Shown in pieces: positions 19,099-20,000 of a stretch of DNA of 20,000 bases. The notes beneath the pieces are model-generated. The model worked only from the letters and a program-made list of their open reading frames with translations, did not search any database and was not told the DNA's origin. Source of the DNA: Seison nebaliae (lineage: Eukaryota); the NCBI GenBank assembly GCA_023231475.1, contig JALJEE010000341.1, forward strand, positions 44,938 to 64,937. The letters are read 5' to 3'. The position numbers were made by a program, and so were the translations under genes. The number at the start of each line of letters is the position of its first letter. Position 1 is the first letter of the stretch.

Positions 19099-20000
19099 TT
19101 ATTCATCAAGAGAATTGAAAATATGATCGAATGTATGTTCGGCGACAAAATCGATGATATCGTCTAAAACTTCACGAATTTCATCCGTTGGAGTTTGAGA
19201 GATTTTGAACATTTTTATCGGATTGATATGAATCGGTTGTTGATGTGTAATATTCTTTCCTTGACTATTCAACGTGACTGAAATTTGGAATATGAAGAAA
19301 TGAAGAAATTTGATGAGAGAAAACCGTTAAATGAATCTAGATCGAATAATTGTATTCGATCACCGTTTCTGATAAGTTTCTGATTCATTGCCATTCCACA
19401 TTCAGTCATCGCCACTAATTTTTGTCGTTCTAATGATAAATCATTCAAGATAGCCAAAGAAACTGGTGTTTTACGATAAGTTCTCGCGTCTGGTAAATTA
19501 GTTTCAACTTCAACTTGAAATTCCTCGTTCAATTTATTGTCTAATAGAACTATATGAAATATTCTTCAATTACATGATTCCTTTCTAAACAATGAGAAGA
19601 AGAAACTTTTCGTTTCTGACGAATTACGTCGAATAGCTGAACGAAGAAATTCAGTTATATTTCCATCATCATCTAAACTCAAAATGAACATGAAAAAGAG
19701 AAAAAAGAAGTTAAGAACATTCTCTCCGATATGCTTCCAATACATCCGAATCGATAATATCACGACGTCCATTGAATTCAATGGAATTACGACAATCTCC
19801 TAAAATTTTATCAAGAACTTTTCACACAAAATTATTTCGAATAAATTTATAACAAATTAACTTTGATGAAAGGTATCAAATAGATAATTCGATCCATTCT
19901 CTTCAATATCCTCAAAATTACTCTGTTTTATAAAAATGTTTTTCAAAATCTTCTTAAATATTACTCGCTCTTCCAAATTGATTTCATCCATTCCTCTTAT
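19099..20000 (-). CDS. Multi-exon gene of unknown function, probably 5'-truncated by the window edge (~215 aa visible)
   Basis: Phase-consistent exons are 20000-19965, 19922-19862, 19799-19719, 19672-19607, 19549-19325 and 19277-19099. The GT-AG introns are 42, 62, 46, 57 and 47 nt; the 42-nt one is in-frame without a stop, so it is uncertain. The protein ends ...EIREVLDDIIDFVAEHTFDHIFNSLDE*. I recognise no family. Confidence 0.75.

Noticed and set aside
8246..19148. Shadow ORFs (8246-8452, 9425-9649, 10929-11135, 11065-11301, 12397-12681, 12605-12793, 13288-13497, 13400-13630, 14347-14547, 14500-14754, 14903-15139, 16250-16468, 18891-19148)
   Set aside because: These are antisense or alternate-frame by-products of the real genes, or of low-complexity intergenic DNA.
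1..20000. CRISPR arrays, tRNA/rRNA/snRNA genes, transposase or reverse transcriptase ORFs
   Set aside because: I saw none by eye. A covariance-model scan would be needed to exclude divergent small RNAs.

Overview
This is very AT-rich eukaryotic DNA from a compact-genome invertebrate animal (standard code, GT-AG introns of about 41-65 nt), and it falls into two halves. Positions 1 to about 8300 contain no convincing protein-coding gene. They do contain microsatellites, palindromes, isolated intron-like units, several extended matches to conserved miRNAs and a miR-375-like hairpin. Positions ~8330-20000 hold seven tightly packed genes: a 10-exon cytochrome P450 (-), an intronless AFG1-like/LACE1 mitochondrial ATPase (+), a small single-pass membrane protein (-), SCOC/UNC-69 (+, 3 exons), an acidic/His-rich orphan protein (+, 3 exons), intronless EDRF1 (-) and the 3' part of an unknown multi-exon gene (-). 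The best-supported oddity is the P450. Its reading frame is intact and it keeps the I-helix and heme Cys, but ExxR is changed to DxxK and the PERF/meander segment is missing, so the whole ERR triad is gone. The miRNA-related observations in the gene desert are more speculative. All gene models were spliced by hand and no database search was run.
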